From contig JAKSOL010000010.1 in the NCBI GenBank assembly GCA_024405635.1, positions 32,001 through 96,000 of the forward strand: a DNA stretch of 64,000 bases, given 5' to 3'. Below, one piece after another: positions 1 through 9,209 of the stretch. How positions within the stretch are numbered: the stretch's first letter is position 1; every line of letters starts with the position of its first letter. The notes beneath the pieces were generated by a model, which saw only the letters and a program-made list of their open reading frames with translations, ran no database searches and was not told the DNA's origin. Made by a program: the position numbers and the translations under genes. This stretch comes from Salinivirgaceae bacterium (GTDB lineage: Bacteria > Bacteroidota > Bacteroidia > Bacteroidales > SZUA-534).

Positions 1-74
1 TGTATTGTGGTTGCGAGTTTAGTCTACAAGGTGTAAACCAATGGCGCAAGCAAAACGGAAAAACCTATTATTAA
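1..74 (+). CDS. queH: 3' end of epoxyqueuosine reductase QueH (DUF208), partial
   Basis: Not in the ORF track. The frame starting at nt 3 reads YCGCEFSLQGVNQWRKQNGKTYY*; YCGCxFS followed by an NxWR tail is the QueH C-terminal Fe-S motif. Confidence 0.75.
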   Translation, partial: YCGCEFSLQGVNQWRKQNGKTYY

Positions 75-143
75 TGTTAAGGCCGATTAGCCGAGTTATC
101 GACAATAAAAGGGCATAAATAATAGTGTGCTAGGGTACAAATT

Positions 144-1259
144 CTACTTTGCAGTAGCAATGCACTCCATTTCGATTAGCCAAGTTGGACGGCAAACAGG
201 AGCCAATACAATAACTTTTGGTGTATTAGGGAATCGTGTATTAAAGATATCGGCAACAGTTGAATAATCGGCCACATCGCGCAGATACACAATCATTTGA
301 GCCACATCGTCGAAAGTGCATTTTGCTTCGTCAAGCAGTTTTTCAACATTTTCAATCATGCGGTTGGCTTGCAATTCAATGTTGCCAACATGCACAACTT
401 CGCCCTTGTTATTAATACTAGCAGTACCAGAAATAAACACTTGTCTATGGTCGTCGTACCAAACACATGTACCACGCTCAAAACCAACACCATATTCGTA
501 AGTTGGATTTAGGTGAGTTGGTGCATAAAGGAATTGTATTTGATGAGGAGCCACTCCCCCAACAGCATAGGCATCCATAGTAACAAGCGAGTTGTGAGTT
601 TCGGTTCGACCTTGTATGCCTGTACTTGCAATAAAGTGAGTATCGGGCGAAAGTGCCTGAGTATCAAATATATGATTGCGTGCAGTAACAATGCCTGCGT
701 AGTTGCGGTCAATGTTTTGCACAAAAATCCAAGTGCGAATGCAATTGTTTGACAATGAGAGATTAGAGTCAACTAGTTTGCTGATATATTGCAAAAAGAT
801 GCCGTGCATTTGTTGGTACGAATCACCTTGAACATTGCGCAATGCTGTAGCCCAATAGTGTGTATACTTACCATTCTTAACAGTTACTAAACCGTTGTTG
901 TTCAATACTTCAACATTTGTTTGCAAATATGCCCATAGTGCAATTTTTGACCCGTTTAAAGGTGTCTGTTCAATAATAGACACTGCACAATTCAACTTAT
1001 TAGCCTCGTTTGCAACAAGTTCGAATTGGTTAGCTGCATCGCTCACAAAAAAGCGAAGAAAAACAGGTTTATAACCAACAAGTTCAGTTTGTACAAGATT
1101 GTTGAATGTATCTATTACCGATTGCAATTGATTTTCGAAAGACAAACGTTGTTGGTCAATAGCAATAACGGCCATACATTCAGAATTCAGTTGGCCGTTA
1201 AATACCGACAACTGAACCGAAGTGTTTGATTCTGAAAATGTTAATAGTTTAAATTCCAT
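144..1259 (-). CDS. Rid/YjgF-fold protein, long form, FkbO/Hyg5 chorismatase-like ('endoribonuclease L-PSP')
   Basis: C-terminal FERG, FISGTASI, VYLRD and VCRPTWLIEMEC motifs; an upstream Rid-like repeat (RTWIFV...ASTGI). Confidence 0.75.
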   Translation of the reverse strand: MEFKLLTFSESNTSVQLSVFNGQLNSECMAVIAIDQQRLSFENQLQSVIDTFNNLVQTELVGYKPVFLRFFVSDAANQFELVANEANKLNCAVSIIEQTPLNGSKIALWAYLQTNVEVLNNNGLVTVKNGKYTHYWATALRNVQGDSYQQMHGIFLQYISKLVDSNLSLSNNCIRTWIFVQNIDRNYAGIVTARNHIFDTQALSPDTHFIASTGIQGRTETHNSLVTMDAYAVGGVAPHQIQFLYAPTHLNPTYEYGVGFERGTCVWYDDHRQVFISGTASINNKGEVVHVGNIELQANRMIENVEKLLDEAKCTFDDVAQMIVYLRDVADYSTVADIFNTRFPNTPKVIVLAPVCRPTWLIEMECIATAK

Positions 1260-1287
1260 TATTTGCTGTTTTTAATTAGCAGCACGG

Positions 1288-1295
1288 CAAATCTA
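1288..1295 (-). promoter_or_regulatory. Bacteroidota -7 promoter element (TAGATTTG)
   Basis: Exact TAnnTTTG about 30 nt upstream of the 1259 start. Confidence 0.55.
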
Positions 1296-1358
1296 CAATT
1301 ACTTTTTAGAGTTGACTTGCAAAATGACAAAATTTAGTATCACTAAAAATGACTATTT

Positions 1359-2141
1359 TTAAATAACCCCAAAATGTTTAAGTGCGTTTTCAACTCCATT
1401 GTTATCAATATGCGATGTAACATAATCAGCCGCACGTTGCACATTGATGCCGGCGTTGCCCATAGCGATACCGATTCCAGCTTTTTTTAGCATTGAAATA
1501 TCGTTACCTCCATCGCCAAAAGCAATCGTATCGGCAATTGAAATTCCAAAATGTTGAGCAATAGCCTCCAAACCATTGTCTTTGCCCGCCATTGACGATG
1601 TTATATCGGTAAAAAGCGGAGTCCAACGGCCCGACACACAACCAACAAGCCGTTGCATTAGGTTAAGTTCTTGCTGCTCGGTGCAAAAGGCAGTAAGTTG
1701 CAATATTCGTTGCGATGCAATAACAGACTCGGGCGATGGCATAGTGCGCAAATCGGCATTCAGTTCACCCAAGAAAGTATCAACAGCTATGGCTTTAGGA
1801 TTAAAGATGCACATGTCTTTTTCAGCCGACACAACAACTGGATAATCAAGCGCTTGCGCATCAGCCAAAACGGTTTCCACATCGGTTTTTATTATTTCGT
1901 TGGTAAGAACAACCGTATTGCCTACAAAGCAATGAGCGCCGTTGGTGGTTATGTAACCATCGACCAAATGCTCAATTTGCCCAACGTTGTTCAAAATTGG
2001 TTTGGGCCTACCTGTTGAAATAAAAATTTTGTGTCCATTGGCTTTTGCTTGCTCCAATGCAGCAATGGTTGACTGCGGTATGTTATGTGTGGAAAAACTG
2101 ACTAAAGTTCCATCAATATCGAAAAAAAGTGCCTTTGACAT
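1359..2141 (-). CDS. Cof-type HAD-IIB hydrolase
   Basis: FFDIDGTL, STGR and AFGDGGNDISM motifs; TATCTTTG promoter box at 2161-2168. Confidence 0.93.
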   Translation of the reverse strand: MSKALFFDIDGTLVSFSTHNIPQSTIAALEQAKANGHKIFISTGRPKPILNNVGQIEHLVDGYITTNGAHCFVGNTVVLTNEIIKTDVETVLADAQALDYPVVVSAEKDMCIFNPKAIAVDTFLGELNADLRTMPSPESVIASQRILQLTAFCTEQQELNLMQRLVGCVSGRWTPLFTDITSSMAGKDNGLEAIAQHFGISIADTIAFGDGGNDISMLKKAGIGIAMGNAGINVQRAADYVTSHIDNNGVENALKHFGVI

Positions 2142-2249
2142 CGGTTTGCGATTTATGGGACAAAGATAGTCAATGCTGTTGCTACGATTTAATTTTAAAC
2201 AAATAGTTTATGCTGAAGTAAGAATGATTATCTTCAACAAAAAAACCTT

Positions 2250-2702
2250 ATGGAACTTACTAAATACAATTTCGCTTTTCAATTTATACCGATGCTGGTT
2301 AACGACTTAAAATCGGATTTTAAACTGATTGAATTCCTGATAAACAAAACAGCAATGCAAACATTGGCAAAGCACATTTATGGCGACGAGTGTACAAAAT
2401 CATTTGATTGGGAACAGCTAACAATTGAACCACAAAAGTTAAACGAACGTTACATTATTGTGTTGTTTATATTGCCCGAAGCTTTGGTTGAAGGCGAAGC
2501 AAAATATGGATTGATTATTGCCGATTGCGCAAACGATACTAATCCAAGATTGGGATATTTTACACTTGAGCATCCCGAAAATGGAGGATGTTGGTTTATT
2601 GGATCAAAGGACAACGATAATCACACTAACTACGGGATACTTGAAGATGAACCCAATTACAAGAACTTTATCGCAAAATCGTTTGAAATTTTCACTGCAT
2701 AG
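2250..2702 (+). CDS. hypothetical protein
   Basis: 150-aa ORF with an A-rich start context; YFTLE and HTNYG motifs, no function recognised. Confidence 0.7.
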   Translation: MELTKYNFAFQFIPMLVNDLKSDFKLIEFLINKTAMQTLAKHIYGDECTKSFDWEQLTIEPQKLNERYIIVLFILPEALVEGEAKYGLIIADCANDTNPRLGYFTLEHPENGGCWFIGSKDNDNHTNYGILEDEPNYKNFIAKSFEIFTA

Positions 2703-2811
2703 TTAAAGTATTTAGCAACATTTGTTGATAAACTCGCAAACAAGATACCAACAAAAACACTATCTTGCTTTCAGTTTTTTCAAACAAAAATCAGTAAAAT
2801 CAAAAACAACG

Positions 2812-4023
2812 ATGAATAAAAAACTACTTGCGATAGCACTCATCACATTGTGTTTCTGCGGAGCAAAAGCCCAAAAGTTGCCAACATATTCGCAATGGTC
2901 GGCAGAAGAAATTAAACAAGCAAACACAGCAGTTAATGCCATTTTATCGCCACAAGAGAAAAACGTTTACACACTTTGCAACCTTGCACGACTAAATGGT
3001 CGCAAATTTGCCGAGACATACGTTGACGACTACTGTAAAAAGCATGATATTGATAATGTACACGTAAACTCGCTAAAAGCAGATTTGATAAACGTAATAG
3101 ACTTGCCCATGTTGCGACCAGTGGCAGAACTTTGCGAAGTGGCCACCTTTCATGCGCTCGACATGGGAAACAATGGTCTTACAGGCCACACCTCGTCAGA
3201 CGGTACCGATTGGTCAACAAGGTTGAGAAGACAACTTGGAGCATCAACCAACTGCTCAGAAAGCGACTCGTATGGTTTATCATCGGCATTAGACATTGTT
3301 ATGAGTCTGCTTATTGACGAAAAAATACCATCACACGCAAATCGACGCTCAATTATTAACTCGCGATATATAAATATGGGCGTGAGCATTCAGCCGCACA
3401 AGCGATTTAAATATACTTGCGTAATAGACTTTGCAGGCCGCGTGGCTCAGAAAAATGTTCCTCACTATGCCGAATGGAGCGCCGAGGAATACAAACGCGC
3501 CAACACTGCAGCAAATCAAAAGATGCTTCAACAAGAAAAAGATATTTATCTGCTTTTTAATCTTGCTCGCATCGATGGCGACAAGTTTGCAAGAACTTAT
3601 GTAGCATCGTATTTTAAATACATTCAAAGCGATGAAAAAAAGCAACTAATATCGGCACTGCAAGCAACTTATAATCTTCCAGTGATTGAACCATCGGCTG
3701 AGCTTTGCCAAGCAGCTATTGACCACGCAACTGAAATGGGACGCGCAGGAAAGATGGGACATAAATCGCTTAACGACGACGGTCCAGGCAACCGTATTAG
3801 TAGATACAAAAAAGGAGCAACAAATATTTCAGAAATATGCAACTATGGCAACCCTTGCGCCATGGACATTGTTATGAGCATTTTGATTTGCGAAGGAGAA
3901 GAAGATAGCTCGCAACGCGACAATATTTTAAGCCGTTCAAACTCTCTAATGGGCGTGAGCATAAAACCTCACAAAAACAAAGATTACAATTGCGTTATTG
4001 ACTTTGCAACTTTTAACAAATAA
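2812..4023 (+). CDS. secreted protein with two tandem CAP/SCP domains
   Basis: Start moved to MNKKLLAIAL (signal peptide ending AKA-Q). Two copies of WSAEE..ANTA..NLAR..H..M...GH...SE...YG..DIVMS..MGVSI.PHK...CVIDFA. Confidence 0.85.
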   Translation: MNKKLLAIALITLCFCGAKAQKLPTYSQWSAEEIKQANTAVNAILSPQEKNVYTLCNLARLNGRKFAETYVDDYCKKHDIDNVHVNSLKADLINVIDLPMLRPVAELCEVATFHALDMGNNGLTGHTSSDGTDWSTRLRRQLGASTNCSESDSYGLSSALDIVMSLLIDEKIPSHANRRSIINSRYINMGVSIQPHKRFKYTCVIDFAGRVAQKNVPHYAEWSAEEYKRANTAANQKMLQQEKDIYLLFNLARIDGDKFARTYVASYFKYIQSDEKKQLISALQATYNLPVIEPSAELCQAAIDHATEMGRAGKMGHKSLNDDGPGNRISRYKKGATNISEICNYGNPCAMDIVMSILICEGEEDSSQRDNILSRSNSLMGVSIKPHKNKDYNCVIDFATFNK

Positions 4024-4039
4024 CCCCACAACCGACACA

Positions 4040-4077
4040 AAAAAGCCCCGATTTTCAATTGAGCATCGGGGCTTTTT
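4040..4077. terminator. bidirectional intrinsic terminator
   Basis: AAAAAGCCCCGAT...ATCGGGGCTTTTT inverted repeat between convergent genes. Confidence 0.85.
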
Positions 4078-4088
4078 GTTGCATATAA

Positions 4089-5909
4089 TCAACGTTTTTT
4101 TCGCCGTTTATCGCGATGGTTGTTATCGCCAAAACGGTTGTCTTTGAATTTACCACCACGACGTTGGTTTACCTCAGACCAATCGTTGCCACCACGTTGT
4201 TTCTTAGGTTTGCGAGCCGCTTGCGGACCAAGATCTTCTTTCACCTTTCGGCGCTCAAATCCAAATCGGTCGTTTTTGTCAAAATTATCGTCGGCAGGGG
4301 CAGTAACTTCAACCTTAACTGGAATATTCTCGTACACTACTCCATTGAACGACGAAAGTATTTTCTGCTCAAAGTCCTTTTCAATTTCAAAGAACGAGAA
4401 CTTGCGCAAAATGTCAATCTTGCCAATATCAATGCTCTTATCGTCAGTAAGTTCGTTAATTAAACCGATGAGCGAAGTAGCATTGAGTCCGTTTTTCAAG
4501 CCTAAATTGATATAAAAACGGCTATAAGTTTTGTTGCGTTTTTGCTGACGCTTATTCGATGTTGAATCTTTTTCTTTTTCTTGAGCCACATTCAAATCGG
4601 GAGCGCCTTTGTAATACTCAATAAAATGGTTGAACTCCAAACCGACCAAACGTTTAATAAGTTCATCTTTATCGAGCCACGATAGTTTTTTAATTGCAAG
4701 AGGCAAGAAATCAGATATTTCGTTTTCGTCAACCTCAATACGTTCAAGTTTATCGAGAACGGTAAATAGTCGTTTTTCGCAAATTTCGCGACCACTGGGC
4801 ACTAATTTCAACTCAAAGTGCTTACCCGAAATTTTTTCAAGTTCTTTAATCTTACGAGTTTCGCGCGAGTGAATAATAGTCATTGACACTCCCGATTTTC
4901 CTGCACGGCCAGTTCGACCACTACGATGAATGTACACTTCGGGATCGTCGGGCAAGTTGTAGTTAATAACGTGAGTGAGGTCGTTAACATCAAGTCCGCG
5001 AGCAGCCACGTCGGTTGCAATAAGCAGTTGGAGGCTTTTGTTTCTAAAACGGTTCATTACGTAATCGCGTTGAGCTTGCGACAAGTCGCCATGCAACGCA
5101 TCGGCATTATATCCGTCTTGAATAAGTTTATCGGCCACCTCTTTTGTTTCTTGACGAGTGCGGCAAAAAACGATGCCGTAAATTTTTGGATTTATATCGG
5201 CTAATCGTTTAAGCGCAAGATAGCGATCGGCCGCCTTAACCATATAATACTCGTGCTTAACATTGTCGGCAGCTGCATTTTTGGCACCAACCGCAATTTC
5301 AACCGCGTTATTCATATAGAGGTTAGCAATGTCGCGAACCTCATTAGGCATAGTTGCCGAAAACAGCAAGGTTTGTTTTTCGCTAGGCGTTGATAGCAAA
5401 ATTTCGTCCAAATCCTCTTTAAAACCCATGTTGAGCATTTCGTCGGCCTCGTCGAGCACAAGCCATTTAATGCGACCTAAGCGTAGAGCGCCACGTCGTA
5501 TAACGTCGAGTGTGCGGCCAGGAGTGCCAACTACAATTTGAACACCAGCCTTTAACATTTTAATTTGAGGGACGATGCTAGCTCCACCATAAATTGCAGC
5601 AATGTTAAGGTTGCTAATGTGTTTTGAAAAACGTGTAAGGTCAGAAGCAATCTGCAAACAAAGTTCGCGAGTTGGGGCAAGCACAAGCGCTTGTGGTTGA
5701 CGCAAATCGTTGTCGATTAACTGCAACACAGGCAGGCCGAATCCGGCAGTTTTTCCTGTACCGGTTTGCGCAAGAGCAACAACATCGTTTGCCGAAGAAA
5801 GAATTGTTGGAATGGTTTTTTCTTGAATGGGTGTAGGCGTTTGAAAACCTAAATCGCCTATGGCCTTTAAGATACTGTCGTTCAGGCCCAAATCGCTAAA
5901 TAATGTCAT
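4089..5909 (-). CDS. deaD: DEAD-box RNA helicase with DbpA-type RNA-binding domain (DeaD/CsdA-like)
   Basis: Q motif, AQTGTGKT, PTREL, DEAD, SAT, ARGLD, HRSGRTGRAG and a basic C-terminal tail; TACATTTG box at 5931-5938. Confidence 0.9.
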   Translation of the reverse strand: MTLFSDLGLNDSILKAIGDLGFQTPTPIQEKTIPTILSSANDVVALAQTGTGKTAGFGLPVLQLIDNDLRQPQALVLAPTRELCLQIASDLTRFSKHISNLNIAAIYGGASIVPQIKMLKAGVQIVVGTPGRTLDVIRRGALRLGRIKWLVLDEADEMLNMGFKEDLDEILLSTPSEKQTLLFSATMPNEVRDIANLYMNNAVEIAVGAKNAAADNVKHEYYMVKAADRYLALKRLADINPKIYGIVFCRTRQETKEVADKLIQDGYNADALHGDLSQAQRDYVMNRFRNKSLQLLIATDVAARGLDVNDLTHVINYNLPDDPEVYIHRSGRTGRAGKSGVSMTIIHSRETRKIKELEKISGKHFELKLVPSGREICEKRLFTVLDKLERIEVDENEISDFLPLAIKKLSWLDKDELIKRLVGLEFNHFIEYYKGAPDLNVAQEKEKDSTSNKRQQKRNKTYSRFYINLGLKNGLNATSLIGLINELTDDKSIDIGKIDILRKFSFFEIEKDFEQKILSSFNGVVYENIPVKVEVTAPADDNFDKNDRFGFERRKVKEDLGPQAARKPKKQRGGNDWSEVNQRRGGKFKDNRFGDNNHRDKRRKKR

Positions 5910-6013
5910 TATATATTTTTAAAATGGCTGCAAATGTAACCAAAAAACGAGAAGATTACTGGAATCTACAAATTCACTATTTTAGCAAAAACAACACTGA
6001 CACACAGCTACAA

Positions 6014-6862
6014 ATGCAACCACGAACCGACTATAACTCAATAAATTACAACATAGTTGTACCTTGTCAAAAGTTACAGCCCTATATTGTTCACTATTGG
6101 ACATTGCAAATTGCTGCCGAAGTTGGACGTTGGCACGAACGAACTTTACCAAACGGGTGTGTAAGTTGGTTTTTCCATCGTCGTAATCCTCTTTTATTTG
6201 GCAACAGAAGCCAACAATCTCAAGCTTTGGTGCGCGGACAAGACTTTAGTTTTGTTGATGTTTGTACTCAAGGCGAAACCGACTTTATTGCTGTTGTTTT
6301 TAGGCCATTTGCCGCACATTTGTTTATGCCGCACTCAGCCAATGATTTTAGCAATCAAATGATTGACATTGAACAACTTGACGATAAAAGGCTAACAATT
6401 CTTGCACAAAAAATTGAAGAATCGGACTCAAACCTTAAAGCGATAGAACTAATTGAAACCGAACTGATTAACCGCCTTACAAATGTTAAACAAAATGTTG
6501 CGAGCAACGCCAAAAGAGTTGAATATGCAGTGCAACTAATTAACAATGAGCCAAGTATAAACATTGGAAGGTTAGCACAGCAAACATGCGTAAGCGAGCG
6601 GCAACTGCGCCGACTATTTGCTGAGCATGTTGGTCTTTCGCCGCAAGAACTAGTTCGTGTAGCCCGGTTTAACCAAGCTATGCTGCTGATGCTAAACAAT
6701 CCAACATGGGCATTTGTTGACATTGCATTAGAACTAAATTACACCGATAGTGCACACTTTTCGCACGATATTAAGCAATTTACAGGCTGTGCGCCAACGC
6801 AGTTCAACAGCAAATGCCGCCCCTACTCCGAATTTTTTACTTGTCCAACTATAAACTCGTAA
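6014..6862 (+). CDS. AraC-family transcriptional regulator (DUF6597-like N-terminus)
   Basis: C-terminal SERQLRRLFAEHVGLSP...YTDSAHFSHDIKQFTG double HTH; start moved to ATG 6014 to avoid overlap with deaD. Confidence 0.88.
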   Translation: MQPRTDYNSINYNIVVPCQKLQPYIVHYWTLQIAAEVGRWHERTLPNGCVSWFFHRRNPLLFGNRSQQSQALVRGQDFSFVDVCTQGETDFIAVVFRPFAAHLFMPHSANDFSNQMIDIEQLDDKRLTILAQKIEESDSNLKAIELIETELINRLTNVKQNVASNAKRVEYAVQLINNEPSINIGRLAQQTCVSERQLRRLFAEHVGLSPQELVRVARFNQAMLLMLNNPTWAFVDIALELNYTDSAHFSHDIKQFTGCAPTQFNSKCRPYSEFFTCPTINS

Positions 6863-7635
6863 CCATAAAAACGGTTATACTTTTCAAACATTTCAATCTC
6901 GCTTTTCAAACCTTCGACCAGTAGCTGTGCTGTTTGATTATTTGGTTTTTCACTCAAAAAATGTTGCAGACGATTGCGCATTGGTGCATAGTAATTTTCG
7001 GTCCAACAATTGTTTGGCAAGGTAAAATGACCTAAAACATTGTATCCACACTTTTTCATTGTTTCAACTTTTGACTCAGCTGTGGCAATTTCAATAAAAT
7101 TTTGATGTAGCCAATCGTCAAGTTGATGTGGCAGAGGTTCAGTTGTAGGTTTTAGTACGCACTCGGTTAATGCTACCAAACCGTTTGGGGCCAAATAGTT
7201 ACGCCATTTTTGCAGCCCCAATTCGTAGCCTACATGATAAATGGAACCCTCGGCCCAAATAAGATTAAGAGTATTAGCACAAATTTCATTGCAGTCAATC
7301 ATTGACCCTGTAACTGTTTTAAGCTCAATGTTATGCACACTCGATAGCCTATTTGAGGTTGCAGCAAGCATTTCGGGAGCAATGTCAACTGCAATAATTG
7401 AACTACCATTTGGTAGTAGTTTCGACAAAGTTTCGGTTTGATGTCCCGAACCACACCCCATGTCGGCAACACACAATTCTTGATTTGGCAAATTAGGTTT
7501 AACAAATCCGTTCCAAGCACGTTGAGTTGTCGCGGCACTACCAGGTCCTTGCTGTGGCAAACCTAGCATAAAATCAACAATCACTTGAAAATCGAAATTT
7601 TCCATTTCAGCTACTTGATTTTCATTTTCGTTCAT
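6823..7635 (-). CDS. class I SAM-dependent methyltransferase
   Basis: QGPGS, ADMGCGSG, AVD and IWAEGSIY motifs; start taken at MNENENQ. Confidence 0.88.
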   Translation of the reverse strand: MNENENQVAEMENFDFQVIVDFMLGLPQQGPGSAATTQRAWNGFVKPNLPNQELCVADMGCGSGHQTETLSKLLPNGSSIIAVDIAPEMLAATSNRLSSVHNIELKTVTGSMIDCNEICANTLNLIWAEGSIYHVGYELGLQKWRNYLAPNGLVALTECVLKPTTEPLPHQLDDWLHQNFIEIATAESKVETMKKCGYNVLGHFTLPNNCWTENYYAPMRNRLQHFLSEKPNNQTAQLLVEGLKSEIEMFEKYNRFYGYEFIVGQVKNSE

Positions 7636-7782
7636 CGCTATTATGTTTTGATTAATCCACAAAACTATGGTGCGGCAAACAACCAAGCTTGTAAAAAACG
7701 GCCAATGTTTGTTTTAACAAATGAGATTATGACTCGCGTTTTGATTAAAAAAGGCTCAATTATTAAAGTAATTGCAAAAAAC

Positions 7783-7819
7783 AACAAAGGGACTTACAAA
7801 ATTTGCAAGTCCCTTTGTT
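7783..7819 (-). terminator. intrinsic terminator
   Basis: AACAAAGGGACTT / AAGTCCCTTTGTT 13-bp stem with a U-rich tail on the minus strand, just after the 7838 stop. Confidence 0.8.
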
Positions 7820-7837
7820 TATTTAACTATAAATCAC

Positions 7838-8122
7838 TCACTTATACTCAATTTGGGTTACCAAATCGGAAAGAGGGCAACCTTCATATTCAATTTGCAG
7901 GCCTTGTATCGATTTGGGCATAATAAGCGGTTTTACCAAATGCCATTGTGGACAGCCAAAATCGTACGATTGTCCACTGAGAATCAAACGGTTGCTAACA
8001 TAATCGAACTCATAAAATCCACCGCCCAAACAATGTTCAGTGCCAACCAAGAGGTCTTTGTGCAAAAAAACATTGCCAAAACGAAAGTAGTTGTGCGTGG
8101 TGATGATAAACTTTTGAGCCAT
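7838..8122 (-). CDS. small hypothetical protein, Janus/Ocnus (PHPT1)-like
   Basis: Last gene of a tightly spaced run; motifs KFII..FRFG..LHKDL..HCLGGG..LSGQSYDFG. Confidence 0.7.
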   Translation of the reverse strand: MAQKFIITTHNYFRFGNVFLHKDLLVGTEHCLGGGFYEFDYVSNRLILSGQSYDFGCPQWHLVKPLIMPKSIQGLQIEYEGCPLSDLVTQIEYK

Positions 8123-8131
8123 TGACAATTA

Positions 8132-9190
8132 CTATTTATCCAACATTTGCTCAATGGTTTGGCTAAAATCAGAAATGCTTAAGCCACAATCAATTATAAC
8201 ATTATTCTCGTCGAGCAAAAAGCAAGTTGGGATGCTACTTATAGCGTATTTGGCAAACGCATCGTTTCCGCTGAAATCACAAACGTTTATCCAAGGTAAA
8301 TTGTCTTGTTTAACAGCATCGGCCCAACGGGCAAATTCCTTGTCGCCCGAAATGCCAATAACCTCAAGGCCTTTTGAATGTAATTCGTTATAAATCTGAA
8401 TGTTTGCTGGATTAGCTGCACGACATGGACCGCACCACGATGCCCAAAAATCAAGAACTTTAACCTTAGCTTTTACCGCCGACAATGCAATAGAATCGCC
8501 ATTAATTGTTGGCAAAACAAAGTCGGGTGCAATGTGACCTGGCAAAACAGCTTCAAGGTCGGCAATGCTTTTTTCAAGTAACTTGGCCATATAGAATTTT
8601 GAACCTTTTTTGCTAATAAGAGAATTGAAATGTTTAAGTTCGTCAATTGACATATCGGCTTGCAAAGCAGTGCAAATTAACACTATAGCAACTGGCGAAT
8701 CGGCATTATCATTACACCAATTAAGCATATAATTTAGTCGCACTTCGCCTTGGTCAATAATTTCGTTTATGTAACGTTGAATTAGTTGATTGTTGTTTTC
8801 AGACTCGCAAGCTTGGCGATATAAGACAAAAAGACTGTCGATTTTTGAAATATTGTAGCTATACACATCGTTGTAAATAGTCTGATTTTTAGGACCTTCA
8901 ACAAGGTGATCCTCGTTTTCATCAATGAAAGCCTTGTACTGTCCGCTCTCAAGAATAAAGTTAGTTCCGGCATCTTGTACCAAAATTGATGCGAAAGTAA
9001 TAGAGTCGATGCTACCAGTAAATTCAAATTGATTGTTGACAATTGGTGCTGAAGCAACAATGTTAGAATTGGCTAGCAGATAAGCCGAATCGGCAACAAT
9101 GTTAGTTGTACCTTTAATGGTGAAGGTTGAGTTTTGCGAACATGACGATGCAAAAAACGCAACCATCAAAAAAAGAAGTAATTTTTTCAT
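8132..9190 (-). CDS. TlpA/AhpC-TSA thioredoxin-like lipoprotein (DUF4369-type N-terminus)
   Basis: Lipobox FASSC; DFWASWCGPC active site; cis-Pro loop SIPT. Confidence 0.9.
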   Translation of the reverse strand: MKKLLLFLMVAFFASSCSQNSTFTIKGTTNIVADSAYLLANSNIVASAPIVNNQFEFTGSIDSITFASILVQDAGTNFILESGQYKAFIDENEDHLVEGPKNQTIYNDVYSYNISKIDSLFVLYRQACESENNNQLIQRYINEIIDQGEVRLNYMLNWCNDNADSPVAIVLICTALQADMSIDELKHFNSLISKKGSKFYMAKLLEKSIADLEAVLPGHIAPDFVLPTINGDSIALSAVKAKVKVLDFWASWCGPCRAANPANIQIYNELHSKGLEVIGISGDKEFARWADAVKQDNLPWINVCDFSGNDAFAKYAISSIPTCFLLDENNVIIDCGLSISDFSQTIEQMLDK

Positions 9191-9209
9191 ATTCAATTAT
9201 TTATAAAAT

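Noticed and set aside
7585-8125. Plus-strand ORFs 7585-7923 and 7772-8125
   Set aside because: They cross a terminator and overlap the better-supported minus-strand gene at 7838-8122.
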